Shown one piece after another: positions 17,424-26,731 of a DNA stretch of 39,084 nt. Origin of the DNA: Candidatus Vogelbacteria bacterium (GTDB lineage: Bacteria; Patescibacteriota; Minisyncoccia; Phycocordibacterales; JACOZG01); contig JACOZG010000001.1 of assembly GCA_016181465.1 (NCBI GenBank), forward strand, positions 1 to 39,084. The letters run 5' to 3'. The position numbers were made by a program, and so were the translations under genes. Under the pieces are notes generated by a model, which had not been told where the DNA came from, ran no database searches, and saw only the letters and a program-made list of their open reading frames with translations. Numbering within the stretch: position 1 is the stretch's first letter; every line of letters begins with the position of its first letter.

Positions 17424-18627
17424 AGTCGAGTCGGGCCAGAGTTTCGGCCTGACCCAGGATCGCCGCCACCAGAAACGGATCAGCCGACTTTTCCCGACCG
17501 GTCAAGGCGGCGCGGAAAGGCCAGAGCACTTCTCCCCGACCGGCGCTGTCGGCATAAGGCATGATGGCGGCTTTCAGGCGATCGGCTTGGAAATCATTGG
17601 CCGGGATTGATTCGATTAAAGCGCGGAGTTTGGAGAAATGTTTTTGATTTCGGAGCAAGATTTTATCATAGGTCGGCCGGCGGAAAAAATAATTAAACTC
17701 AGTCTCAAGTAATTCCGGGATTTCGGACAAAGTCGTGACCCGGTCTTTCAAAACCGGCCAGAACTTTCTGCCTTTTTCCGGTATCAAGTCGAGGGGTGAA
17801 TTTTTAAGATACTCCCGATTAAACCAATTGAGTTTTTCAAGATCGAAAACAGCCCCGGATTTCTGCACCTTGTCAAGGGAGAACAACCGGCCGAGCTCGG
17901 CGAGCGAGAAAATTTCTTGGTCCGTGTCCGGATTCCAGCCGAGCAAAGCCAGATAATTGTTCAGGGCTTCGGGCAAATAGCCGCGCTCACGATACTCCAA
18001 CGCGGAAACCGCGCCATGACGTTTAGACAATTTTGAGCGATCCGGCGCCAAAATCAAGGGGATGTGAGCGTAGGCGGGACGTGTGGCGCCGAGCGCTGCC
18101 TGAATTAAAATTTGCCGCGGCGTGTTGGAAATGTGATCTTCGCCGCGGATGATATGAGTCACTCCCATTTCCCAGTCATCCACCACCACCGCCAGATGGT
18201 AAAGCGGCTCGGTCAAACTCTTGGCAATGACGAAGTCGCCGAGCTCGCTGGTGTTGAAAGTGACCTCGCCGCGGATTAGATCCGTGAAGGTGACTGACCG
18301 ACCTGGGTTACGCAAGCGGATAGCCGTCTCCCCCTCTCGCTGGTAAGCCAGATCGCCAGCGACTAATTTTTGCAGAGGTTGTTTGTAAATTTCAATTCGT
18401 TCTGATTGCCTAAAAAATTCATCGTAACTTAAATCGAGCCATTTTAAACTCTCGATGATATTTTTTTCAAATTCCGGTTTTGACCGTTCGCGATCAGTGT
18501 CTTCGATACGCAAAATAAACCGGCCGGCGGTTCTTTGAGCAAATAGATAATTAAAAAGCGCTGTCCTGGCGCCGCCTAAGTGCAAGGGGCCGGTGGGACT
18601 GGGAGCAAACCGGACAATAACCGACAT
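17404..18627 (-). CDS. gltX: Glutamate--tRNA ligase
   Basis: RFAPSPTGPLHLGG, LRIEDTD, IRGEDH and KLSKRHG. Confidence 0.97.
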   Translation of the reverse strand: MSVIVRFAPSPTGPLHLGGARTALFNYLFAQRTAGRFILRIEDTDRERSKPEFEKNIIESLKWLDLSYDEFFRQSERIEIYKQPLQKLVAGDLAYQREGETAIRLRNPGRSVTFTDLIRGEVTFNTSELGDFVIAKSLTEPLYHLAVVVDDWEMGVTHIIRGEDHISNTPRQILIQAALGATRPAYAHIPLILAPDRSKLSKRHGAVSALEYRERGYLPEALNNYLALLGWNPDTDQEIFSLAELGRLFSLDKVQKSGAVFDLEKLNWFNREYLKNSPLDLIPEKGRKFWPVLKDRVTTLSEIPELLETEFNYFFRRPTYDKILLRNQKHFSKLRALIESIPANDFQADRLKAAIMPYADSAGRGEVLWPFRAALTGREKSADPFLVAAILGQAETLARLDYAASLA

Positions 18628-18685
18628 AATACGTTTATTCTAGCAATCAACTGATTTTTAAGGAAATTAAATAGATTTTCTTTTT

Positions 18686-19822
18686 TTACCTCTCGTGGCT
18701 CAAGGCGAGCTTAATCAATTCTTCGGCAATGAGACGCGCCGCCTGTGGTTTGGCGAAACTTTTGGCCGCGGTGCGCATCGCTTCAAGTAATTTAGGGTTT
18801 CCGATGAGACGATCAATTTCTGACACCAGCACCGAAGGCAGAAAATTATTCTGCTCAATCACGATTGCCCCGCCGGCCCGCGCGTAAGTGAAAGCGTTGC
18901 TCCGTTGGTCGTGGCTGACAGTCTCTGGAATCGGCACCAGAATCGCCGGTATCCCCCACTGGGCGAGCTCAAAGATCATCGAGCCGGCGCGGGAAACCGC
19001 AAGCGTGGCCGCGCCGGCGGCCATCCGCAGCGCCGAACTGTCAAGATAAGCAAAAAGTTTGTAACGGGCGGCGAGCTCATTTTTTTCCAGCACGATCCGT
19101 GTCCGCTTTTCGACGACGTCACGACTGACCGCGCCGGTTTGATGAATCACATTGTACCGTTTTACTAATTCCGGCAAAGCGTCCACCACCACCTCATTGA
19201 TGACGGCCGCGCCCTGCGAACCGCCGGTGACGAGAATGACCGGCAGATCGGGCGCCAGCCCCAGAAATTCTCTCGCGCCCTGCGTCAGCGGATAGTGAAG
19301 CAAACTTCTGATCGGATTGCCGGTAACGGCGATGGCCGCTTGCCGTTTTGGTCCAAAGGCGTCGGCCGCTTCGGCATAAGACAGAGCGATGCGGACAGCG
19401 AACTTTCCGGCCCAGAGATTAGCCCGCCCGGGGCGGGAATCTGACTCGTGAATCACGAGCGGTATGCCGAGCACCCGCGCGGCCAAAACCGTCGGCAAAC
19501 TGACATAGCCGCCTTTGCTCAAAACGACATCCGGGTAAATTAAGTAAAGTCGAATCAGGGCTTTGATTGTTCCCCAAACGATCTTCAAAAGGTCAAAAAA
19601 ATTCAGCAGAGAAAAATAACGCCGCCATTTGCCCGAGCGAATTCGTATAAATTCGATATTATTCTCAAATAAAGCCCGCTCGTCATAAGCCGTGGTGGAA
19701 AAAAGATAAAGTCTGACATTAACCAGTTTGCGTTCTCGGACAATGACGTTGACGGCCTCGGCGATCGCGACAATCGGGTAGAAGTGGCCGCCGGTGCCGC
19801 CGCCGGTAAAAACGATTTTCAT
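18686..19822 (-). CDS. murG: Lipid II N-acetylglucosaminyltransferase MurG
   Basis: GGGTGGH, KGGYVS, GNPIR, GGSQGA, SRAG and DQRSNA. Confidence 0.97.
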   Translation of the reverse strand: MKIVFTGGGTGGHFYPIVAIAEAVNVIVRERKLVNVRLYLFSTTAYDERALFENNIEFIRIRSGKWRRYFSLLNFFDLLKIVWGTIKALIRLYLIYPDVVLSKGGYVSLPTVLAARVLGIPLVIHESDSRPGRANLWAGKFAVRIALSYAEAADAFGPKRQAAIAVTGNPIRSLLHYPLTQGAREFLGLAPDLPVILVTGGSQGAAVINEVVVDALPELVKRYNVIHQTGAVSRDVVEKRTRIVLEKNELAARYKLFAYLDSSALRMAAGAATLAVSRAGSMIFELAQWGIPAILVPIPETVSHDQRSNAFTYARAGGAIVIEQNNFLPSVLVSEIDRLIGNPKLLEAMRTAAKSFAKPQAARLIAEELIKLALSHER

Positions 19823-20922
19823 CTTAAAGATTTAGCATGATGTCTGGAAATATTCAGAATAATACCACAACCGACGAGGGAAAACAGGAGTGAACTGCCG
19901 CCGTGACTAATAAAGGCAAGCGGTATGCCGGTCAAAGGCAAAAGTCCCAGCATGGAAGCGATATTGATGAGGGCGCCGGTTGAAATTAAAACGACAATGC
20001 CGACGATTAACTCCGAGCCGAAACGATCGGCCGTGCGGCGTGCCAGCCCGAGCCCCCAAACGACAAAAGCGACAAAAATACCGATAATGAACAGCCCGCC
20101 GATTAAACCGAATTCCTCGCTGGCGACGGCGAAAATTGAATCACCAATCGGCTCCGGCAAATAATGGAATTTTTGGACACTGCGGCCAAAGCCACGGCCC
20201 CAGAGTCCGCCCGAGCCAATGGCAATCAGCGACTGATTAATTTGATACGATGAGGTTAAAAGATTTTCAGTCGGATTGAGAAAAGTCAAGAAGCGCTCGC
20301 GGGCGTAGGGCTTGACAGCGATCACCGAGCCGCCGGCCGCCAGGGCTAGAAGTAAAACTACAAACACTTGCCGCCACGGGCCGCCGGCAGCGAAGAACAT
20401 AGCCAAGGCCGCCGCGATCAAAACAAAAAAGGTTCCTAGGTCTGGTTCAGCGATGAGCGTAGCGCCAGTCACGCCGACAATCAAAAAGAAAGGTAGTAAG
20501 CCGTATGGCCAATCGGCCAACTGGATCTTGGTCCGCGAAAGCCAAGCGGCCAAATAGACGACGAAAGCGAGTTTCAACAGCTCCGAGGGTTGGAAGGTGC
20601 GCGTGCCGAGGGAAATCCAGCGCTGGGCGCCGCCGGAGGCAAAACCTAAACCGGGCACGAAAACCAATAAACTCACAACGAGCGAAACGAGAAATAGCGG
20701 CAAAGCCAGACGTCGCAAGTGGCGATAATTGAAATGGCTGACGGCAATCATCGCCGCTAAAGCGCCGATAAGAATAGCCAGCTGATTGAAAACAATCCGA
20801 CTGTAACTGGCGCCGTCTCGGTTCAAGAGACCAAGCGAGGCCGAGGAAAAAATAAAAAAACCGATTAAGGTAACAATCAAAATAAAAAAGAAGAAACGGC
20901 GGTTGCTCGCAGGGCGGCGCAT
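19819..20922 (-). CDS. ftsW: SEDS family peptidoglycan glycosyltransferase FtsW
   Basis: GAQRW, FQPSE, EPDLG, YQINQSLIAIGSGG, LPEP..D and PLTGIPLAFISHGGSS. Confidence 0.93.
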   Translation of the reverse strand: MRRPASNRRFFFFILIVTLIGFFIFSSASLGLLNRDGASYSRIVFNQLAILIGALAAMIAVSHFNYRHLRRLALPLFLVSLVVSLLVFVPGLGFASGGAQRWISLGTRTFQPSELLKLAFVVYLAAWLSRTKIQLADWPYGLLPFFLIVGVTGATLIAEPDLGTFFVLIAAALAMFFAAGGPWRQVFVVLLLALAAGGSVIAVKPYARERFLTFLNPTENLLTSSYQINQSLIAIGSGGLWGRGFGRSVQKFHYLPEPIGDSIFAVASEEFGLIGGLFIIGIFVAFVVWGLGLARRTADRFGSELIVGIVVLISTGALINIASMLGLLPLTGIPLAFISHGGSSLLFSLVGCGIILNISRHHAKSLR

Positions 20923-20962
20923 GGTAGAATAATAATAACACTCCCCTCTCGATTTTACTAAC

Positions 20963-21136
20963 GTGGCTTGCCAGAAATGCGAGTGCGATCTCCGTGCCAC
21001 ATCCGATCGCTGTCCAGAATGCGGCACGACCGCCTCGAATTACCCGGGGCGGTTTTTAGTTTCGAGGAGCCAAAAAGATTGCAATTTTCCACAAAATAAA
21101 TCTAACCATCTTCTCACGATCGGAAGAAGATGGTAA
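20963..21136 (+). pseudogene. Zinc-ribbon fragment or small ORF (CQKCECDLRATSDRCPECG)
   Basis: In-frame double CxxC motif at 20969-21025; possible GTG start at 20963, giving 57 aa. Confidence 0.5.
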
Positions 21137-21141
21137 CATTT
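21098..21141. repeat. Palindromic element, left of the PaaX-like gene
   Basis: AAATCTAACCATCTTCTCA-CGATCG-GAAGAAGATGGTAACATTT. Confidence 0.9.
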
Positions 21142-21172
21142 TAATAATAAAAATATAGAAGAGTAAAAGAAA

Positions 21173-21751
21173 ATGAGGAAGATGAAAAAGGGAACTAAGA
21201 AAATTATTAGCCCGACCAAACTAAAAGTTCTGCTCCTTTTCGGTTCAGGGGTGATGCTCGGTCTGACCAGATCACCGAAACAATATTTCAAACTCGTCCG
21301 CACCACAACCAAACTTTGGCACTTCATTGACGAAACTTATTTACGCCGGCTGGTGAAAGAATTTTACGAAGACCGACTGGTGGATTATCGCGAGAGAGAT
21401 GACGGTAAAATTGAGGTAGTGATAACCGAACGCGGCCGTAATACCTTACTCCGTTACGATATTGACCGGTTGGAAATTAGACCCTCGGCGCGCTGGGACG
21501 GCAAATGGCGCATTGTCATTTTCGATATACCAGAACGATTGCGAACCGGCCGCGATGCCTTGCGTCAAAAATTACGCGAGTTAGGTTTTCAAAAATTGCA
21601 AGAGTCGGTTTTCATTATCCCCCACCCTTGTGCGAACGAAATAAATTTTCTGATTGAATTTTTCGATCTCCGTTATTTTGTTCGTCTTTTAGAAACGGAT
21701 AAAATCACTAATGAAGCCGAACTCCTGCTTAAATTCAAACTCCGTAAATAA
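21173..21751 (+). CDS. PaaX-like protein: winged-helix region plus Cas2-like ferredoxin-fold domain
   Basis: ITERG wing, then WDGKWRIVIFDIPE..R..RDALRQKL..LGF..LQESV. Lies opposite in orientation between mraY and ftsW. Confidence 0.85.
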   Translation: MRKMKKGTKKIISPTKLKVLLLFGSGVMLGLTRSPKQYFKLVRTTTKLWHFIDETYLRRLVKEFYEDRLVDYRERDDGKIEVVITERGRNTLLRYDIDRLEIRPSARWDGKWRIVIFDIPERLRTGRDALRQKLRELGFQKLQESVFIIPHPCANEINFLIEFFDLRYFVRLLETDKITNEAELLLKFKLRK

Positions 21752-21794
21752 ATCTAACCATCTTCTTCCGATCGGAAATAGTTGGTTAGATTTT
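21750..21794. repeat. Palindromic element, right of the PaaX-like gene
   Basis: AAATCTAACCATCTTCTTC-CGATCG-GAAATAGTTGGTTAGATTTT, overlapping the stop codon. Confidence 0.9.
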
Positions 21795-21814
21795 CAAATT
21801 TTTGAAAAACTGGA

Positions 21815-22885
21815 TCAGCGGCCGACGAGGGTGATAATCATCCCGATCACCGCGGCGATGATGCTAATAATCCAATAGCGCATCACCACCTTGTATGGCG
21901 GCCAGCCGATCGCTTCGAAATGGTGATGTAGGGGCGCGACGAGAAAAACCTTTTTGCCGTGTCTAAATTTTTTAGAACCGAGTTGAATGACATTAACAAC
22001 CACCGTCGCGAAAAGCGGCAAGGCGATAATCGGCAAAACAACCACTGACTCGGTCAGGAAAGCCAAAATCGTCAAGGTCGTAGTTAAACCCAAGATTCCG
22101 GTCTCGGACATATAAAATCTCGCCGGCGGGATGTTGAACCACAAAAAAGCCAAAATACTGCCGGTCACCACGGCCGCGAACGCCGCCAGATCAATTTGGT
22201 TTTGGAAAAAAGCGATGCCGGCGTAAGCGCCGAAAATAATCGCCATCACGCCGCCGGCGAGTCCATCAAGTCCGTCAATAACACTGCTGGAAAATAAAAT
22301 GATCATTACCGCCACAAAGAACGGGATGATTAGCCAACCGATTGTCAGTTCACCCAAAAATGGCAGGTCAACCGTGGAGAGGCCGAGTTTGTAATAAAAC
22401 CACCAGGCGCCGACGAGGCCGAGCAGGGCGACTAAGATCAAACGTTTCTTAAAAGATAGGCCGCGGTCGCCCCTGGCTGATTGCCAACCCCTAATTTCTA
22501 AAATATCGTCAATCAAACCAACCAATGAACCAACCAGCAAGGTAAAAAACGGCAGCCAGGTTTGATTGCGGCTTAGAAAATTAAGTTTGACCGCGAGCGG
22601 CGTGGGCCAAAATCTGGCCGACAGCCAGAAACCGAAAATCGTCAAGGCCGTGCTGACCCAAATAATGACGCCGCCCAAACGGGGCGTCCCGACCTCGCGC
22701 TCTTTGTGGAGCTGATTGAAAATCGGTGTGTTTCGGCCGTCCGGAGCGATCTTACCGGCCTGTTTTTTCCACAGCCGATATTTATAAAGATAGTGGGTCA
22801 GAATCGGAGTAATGATTAAACCGATGAAAAAAGCAACGGTGCTGGGCGCGAAAACTTTGAAAATATTGACGATCTCGGTGGTCAT
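21815..22885 (-). CDS. mraY: Phospho-N-acetylmuramoyl-pentapeptide transferase
   Basis: GTPRLGG, GLIDD, DGLDGLA, FLWFNIPPARFYM and APLHHHFE. Confidence 0.96.
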   Translation of the reverse strand: MTTEIVNIFKVFAPSTVAFFIGLIITPILTHYLYKYRLWKKQAGKIAPDGRNTPIFNQLHKEREVGTPRLGGVIIWVSTALTIFGFWLSARFWPTPLAVKLNFLSRNQTWLPFFTLLVGSLVGLIDDILEIRGWQSARGDRGLSFKKRLILVALLGLVGAWWFYYKLGLSTVDLPFLGELTIGWLIIPFFVAVMIILFSSSVIDGLDGLAGGVMAIIFGAYAGIAFFQNQIDLAAFAAVVTGSILAFLWFNIPPARFYMSETGILGLTTTLTILAFLTESVVVLPIIALPLFATVVVNVIQLGSKKFRHGKKVFLVAPLHHHFEAIGWPPYKVVMRYWIISIIAAVIGMIITLVGR

Positions 22886-23748
22886 AGAAAATACTGAATT
22901 GTCGCCAGCCAGATTTTTTGCAAGTCCTGGAAACGGCCTGGCTCGGTTGATCCGAGCACCACGATGATGATTGGCTGATTCAAACCTCGGTCAAACACGA
23001 CAGCGACACTGCCGCCGCCGCTGGCGGTGTAACCGGTCTTGGAAGCGATGAGGCCGGGAATTTCTTTAGCGGCGAGGTTAGTATTGGTTAGATGATAGCG
23101 AATGCCGTCAACGGCGACCGGTTCAAAGTCCGCCAAACTGGTGGCGGCGAGCAATTCCGGCTGACGCGACAGAATTTGAGCGAAGAGGCGCGCGATATCG
23201 CGCGCCGTGCTGATGGCGCTTGGCTCGCTCTCGGTTAAATCCAAACCGGTGGCATTCGTAAATCGCGTCGCTTCGAGGTCAAGCTCGCGGGCCAAAGCAT
23301 TCATTCGATCAACTAAGGGTTCAGCCATCACTTCTTCGGCGGTGCGGGCGATCGCCGCCGCCGCCGCGTTAGACGAAGAAACTAAAGTGTAATCAACGAG
23401 GGTCGGTAAACGCCAGGCGCGGCCGATAAAATTAATCGTGGTTTCCGGCGGCAGGATGTCGACAGCGGCCAAGGCCGTCATCACTTTGGTCAACGAGGCG
23501 ATCGGCAATGGCTGATCCGGATTTTTGGCAAACAGAATTTGTTTTTGATTCAAATCATAAACCAACGCCGAAGCCGCCTCAACCGTGAGAGCAGAGAAGG
23601 GGTCTGGTTTCGCCGCCGGCGAGAAATTTTTTACCGCCGCCGGTGTAATTCTCTGACTGAAATCCACCAGAGCCAGCAAGAGAAAAAATAAGGCCGCCAG
23701 ACCGGTTAACCATTGATAGCGGCTACTGATTGGTTTGAAGGAAATCAT
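22882..23748 (-). CDS. D-alanyl-D-alanine carboxypeptidase (peptidase S11)
   Basis: SxxK (ASLTK), SxN (SSN), KTG and an N-terminal TM helix. Confidence 0.9.
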   Translation of the reverse strand: MISFKPISSRYQWLTGLAALFFLLLALVDFSQRITPAAVKNFSPAAKPDPFSALTVEAASALVYDLNQKQILFAKNPDQPLPIASLTKVMTALAAVDILPPETTINFIGRAWRLPTLVDYTLVSSSNAAAAAIARTAEEVMAEPLVDRMNALARELDLEATRFTNATGLDLTESEPSAISTARDIARLFAQILSRQPELLAATSLADFEPVAVDGIRYHLTNTNLAAKEIPGLIASKTGYTASGGGSVAVVFDRGLNQPIIIVVLGSTEPGRFQDLQKIWLATIQYFL

Positions 23749-24259
23749 CAATTTGTTTTTTGACCGCCTCGTATTCCGGCAATTCATCGAGTCGGACGAG
23801 TCCTAAAAGAGACATTGATTCAAAAGTCGGCTGGTAGAATGAGCTCCGGGCGTCATTGGGGTTGGATTTTTTCTCAATTAAGCCGCGGACTAATAAGTGG
23901 CGCAGGGTAAAGCTTGAATTTACGCCGCGGAGGTAATCAATTTCTGATTTGGCCACCGGGCCGCGGTAAAGCACGACTGTTAACGTTTCCAAGCCGGCGC
24001 GGCCTAGGTCGGCGGACAATTCCTCTTTAGTCAAACGGGTCAACAAATCTCCAAGCTCGGGCGCCGTACCGAGCGTCACCTCGTCGTCTTTGACGACGAG
24101 CCGGACGCCTCGATCAGAAAGCTTTGCGGTTAGACCCTCGAGACCGGTTTTAATCTCGGACTCCCCCACTGCTAGAGTTTCAGCCAATTTACTGACCCTT
24201 TGCGGTTCAGCTTTCCAAAAAAGCAAGGCCTCCAGTTTTTCCTCCAATTCTAACACCAT
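23723..24259 (-). CDS. scpB: SMC-Scp complex subunit ScpB
   Basis: LEALLF, LETLTVVLY..PV....IDYLRGVNS and L..RGLI. Confidence 0.93.
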   Translation of the reverse strand: MVLELEEKLEALLFWKAEPQRVSKLAETLAVGESEIKTGLEGLTAKLSDRGVRLVVKDDEVTLGTAPELGDLLTRLTKEELSADLGRAGLETLTVVLYRGPVAKSEIDYLRGVNSSFTLRHLLVRGLIEKKSNPNDARSSFYQPTFESMSLLGLVRLDELPEYEAVKKQIDDFLQTNQ

Positions 24260-24287
24260 CAAGCGCATTATAGCTTAAGTTCTGAAC

Positions 24288-24341
24288 AAAAAAAAGGACC
24301 CCGAGCCAGTTGCGTACCGAAGTACCAACCAACTCGGGGCC
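24288..24341 (-). terminator. Intrinsic terminator of the small orphan unit
   Basis: Long GC stem with a TTCG loop followed by T8 on the minus strand. Confidence 0.8.
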
Positions 24342-24358
24342 TTCACACGCCGGACAGG

Positions 24359-24448
24359 TCACGTCCGCTTGTCGCTGTCGTTGTCCTTGCAGTTGAAGTC
24401 AGCATCGTTCAGAAGATGGGACACAGGACCCGCTCTTGTCTTGCGCAT
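24359..24448 (-). CDS. Small orphan peptide (29 aa)
   Basis: GGAGG 7 nt before the ATG; MRKTRAGPVSHLLNDADFNCKDNDSDKRT. Confidence 0.5.
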   Translation of the reverse strand: MRKTRAGPVSHLLNDADFNCKDNDSDKRT

Positions 24449-24527
24449 AGGGATGCCTCCGTAGGAACAACCCTTGAGTGAACAACTCCCGAACATTCAA
24501 GAGATGCCACCCAATTGATCCACCTAC

Positions 24528-24557
24528 ATTATATGCATATCCCAGATTTTTTGTCAA
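24528..24557 (-). promoter_or_regulatory. Consensus sigma70 promoter
   Basis: TTGACA-18 bp-TATAAT on the minus strand. Confidence 0.75.
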
Positions 24558-24599
24558 CCATTTTGGCAAGAGGATACTGGGGATAAGTTAAAAAATGGC

Positions 24600-25328
24600 T
24601 TAATAGCGCGGGATTCCGGCCTGCTTGCTTTCGATTTTGATCTCGTCAAAATGATCTTTTTGCTCGACTTCCACCAAACCCTGTTTGCAGAGTTCAAGCA
24701 GGGCCAGAAAACCGACAATGATGTTGATTTTTTCCTTTTTATCTCTGATAAATTCGCTGAAATTCATCTGGAGGGCCGTTTGCACTCGGCTGGTCAGATT
24801 TTTAACCATCTCTTCTAAACTCATGATTTTTTTAACTGTGGCGCGCGGCAGGGAGGCGGTGTTAACCGGCAGGGCCGCGAGCAAATTTTTCATTGCTGCT
24901 AAGAGATTAGAAGTGGTTAGCTCGGCGCTGGGGGAAAAAATGACCGTTTCCGACCGCCGCGGTGACGGAAAAAAGATCGGCCGTTGGCCGAACTGCCCGC
25001 CGAGCGCCAGGGCCGCCTGGCGGATAACTTGATAGAGTTGGAGACGGCGTTCCAGCTCATTGATATCGCCGCTTTCTGATTCGTCAACCGTCAAGGACGG
25101 CAAAAGGGAAATTGATTTAATCAGCATCAAGGTGGAGGCGACCACTAAAAATTCCGCCAGTATCGCCATGGTCGGCGACTCGCGTTCTTTAACATAATTT
25201 AAAAAATCGTCGGCCACTTGGGCGAGCGACACCCGATTGATCGCCAACTGCCGCTTTTCCACCAGTTCCAGCAAAAGCGGCAAGGGCCCTTCAAACTCAT
25301 CCACTCTGACGGCAAATGGTTCGGTCAT
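24600..25328 (-). CDS. scpA: Segregation/condensation protein ScpA
   Basis: FEGPLPLLL, EFLVVASTLMLIKS.LLP and FLALLEL. Confidence 0.94.
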   Translation of the reverse strand: MTEPFAVRVDEFEGPLPLLLELVEKRQLAINRVSLAQVADDFLNYVKERESPTMAILAEFLVVASTLMLIKSISLLPSLTVDESESGDINELERRLQLYQVIRQAALALGGQFGQRPIFFPSPRRSETVIFSPSAELTTSNLLAAMKNLLAALPVNTASLPRATVKKIMSLEEMVKNLTSRVQTALQMNFSEFIRDKKEKINIIVGFLALLELCKQGLVEVEQKDHFDEIKIESKQAGIPRY

Positions 25329-26716
25329 CGAGAATCAATTTTTAGTTTTAATTCTTTGAGTTGCTCGGGGGTGACGGCGGCCGGCGCGCCCATCAAGAGA
25401 TCCCGGCCCTCGCCGGTCTTAGGGAAAGCGATGACTTCGCGGATGTTCGGCTCGCCAGCCAGAATGCTAACCAACCGATCGAGTCCCCAGGCGATCCCGC
25501 CGTGCGGCGGCGCGCCTCGGGCCAAAGCTTGGAGCAGGTGCCCGAAGTTCCGGGCAATGGCGGCGGCGTCATAGCCCAAAATTCGAAAAACCGCCCGCAG
25601 GGCTTCCGGCCGGTGATTGCGGATACTGCCGCCGCCGATCTCTGACCCGTTCAAAACAATATCGTATTGACTGGTGATAATCTCGCCGATTTTCTCCCCT
25701 TTCAATAGTTGCTCCATGAATTCCGGTTTTGGCGCGGAAAACGGATTATGGGTAAAGGTCCAAGCGCCGGTTTCGGTTTTTTCAAAAAACGGAAAATCAG
25801 TAATCCAGCAAAAAGCCAGAGTCTGGCTGTCATTTTTGTTCGGCCGCAAATCCGGACGATCACTGCCGTATTCATCCATCGCTTCACGATAAGTCAGACG
25901 CGGAAAGGGCGTTTGTAAAATCTTTTTTCCCGGCAATAATTCTTTGACCAAAGCGATGAGCAAGGTCTCGTTCAAAATCATCACTTCCTCCTGTTCGACG
26001 AACGCCATTTCCAAATCAAGCTGGGTAAATTCCGGTTGACGATCGCCGCGGGTGTCTTCATCGCGGAAACAGCGCGCGATCTGAAAATATTTTTCCACGC
26101 CGGCGACCATCAAGAGTTGCTTGTACTGCTGGGGCGACTGCGGCAGGGCGTAAAACTGCCCGGGTTGGAGCCGCGACGGCACCAGGTAATCCCGCGCGCC
26201 CTCGGGCGTGGTTTGAGAAAGAATCGGCGTTTCCACTTCGATGAACCCTCTCTCCGACAGATAATCGCGGATAAATTTGACCAAGCGATGACGGAAATGA
26301 AGATTTTGCTGGAGGCGTGGTCGGCGGAGATCGAGATAGCGGTACTCGAGACGAATTTCTTCAGCGAGCTCGCGGCCGTCAGTCTGAAGATCAAACGGCG
26401 GCGTTTCGGCCTGATTTAAAATCTTAATCTCTCCAACTTCAACCTCGAGGTCGCCGTTGGCGATTTCAGAATTAACCATCTTCTCCGGCCGCTTCTTGAT
26501 CTGGCCAATGACCTCAATCACCCACTCCGGCCGCAATTTGTCGGCGGTTTCGTGAACCGGCCCGGGACCGACCACCAACTGGACCTTGCCCGACCCGTCG
26601 CGGAGATCAAAAAAAATCAGTTGGCCGTGATCCCGCCGCACATCCACCCACCCGGCGAGAGTCACCGTCTCACCAATCCGGTTTTTTAAATCCTCAATCC
26701 TGGTCCGGTTTTGCAT
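25325..26716 (-). CDS. aspS: Aspartate--tRNA ligase (short form lacking the GAD insertion)
   Basis: OB fold, RLEYRYLDLRR, PEGARDY, LPQSPQ, CFRDED and PPHGGIAWGLDR. Confidence 0.96.
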   Translation of the reverse strand: MQNRTRIEDLKNRIGETVTLAGWVDVRRDHGQLIFFDLRDGSGKVQLVVGPGPVHETADKLRPEWVIEVIGQIKKRPEKMVNSEIANGDLEVEVGEIKILNQAETPPFDLQTDGRELAEEIRLEYRYLDLRRPRLQQNLHFRHRLVKFIRDYLSERGFIEVETPILSQTTPEGARDYLVPSRLQPGQFYALPQSPQQYKQLLMVAGVEKYFQIARCFRDEDTRGDRQPEFTQLDLEMAFVEQEEVMILNETLLIALVKELLPGKKILQTPFPRLTYREAMDEYGSDRPDLRPNKNDSQTLAFCWITDFPFFEKTETGAWTFTHNPFSAPKPEFMEQLLKGEKIGEIITSQYDIVLNGSEIGGGSIRNHRPEALRAVFRILGYDAAAIARNFGHLLQALARGAPPHGGIAWGLDRLVSILAGEPNIREVIAFPKTGEGRDLLMGAPAAVTPEQLKELKLKIDSR

Positions 26717-26731
26717 AAATAAAGTTTAACA

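Noticed and set aside
21173-21751. CRISPR-Cas locus suggested by the Cas2-like motif
   Set aside because: No repeat-spacer array or other cas genes. The palindromes are only three dispersed copies.
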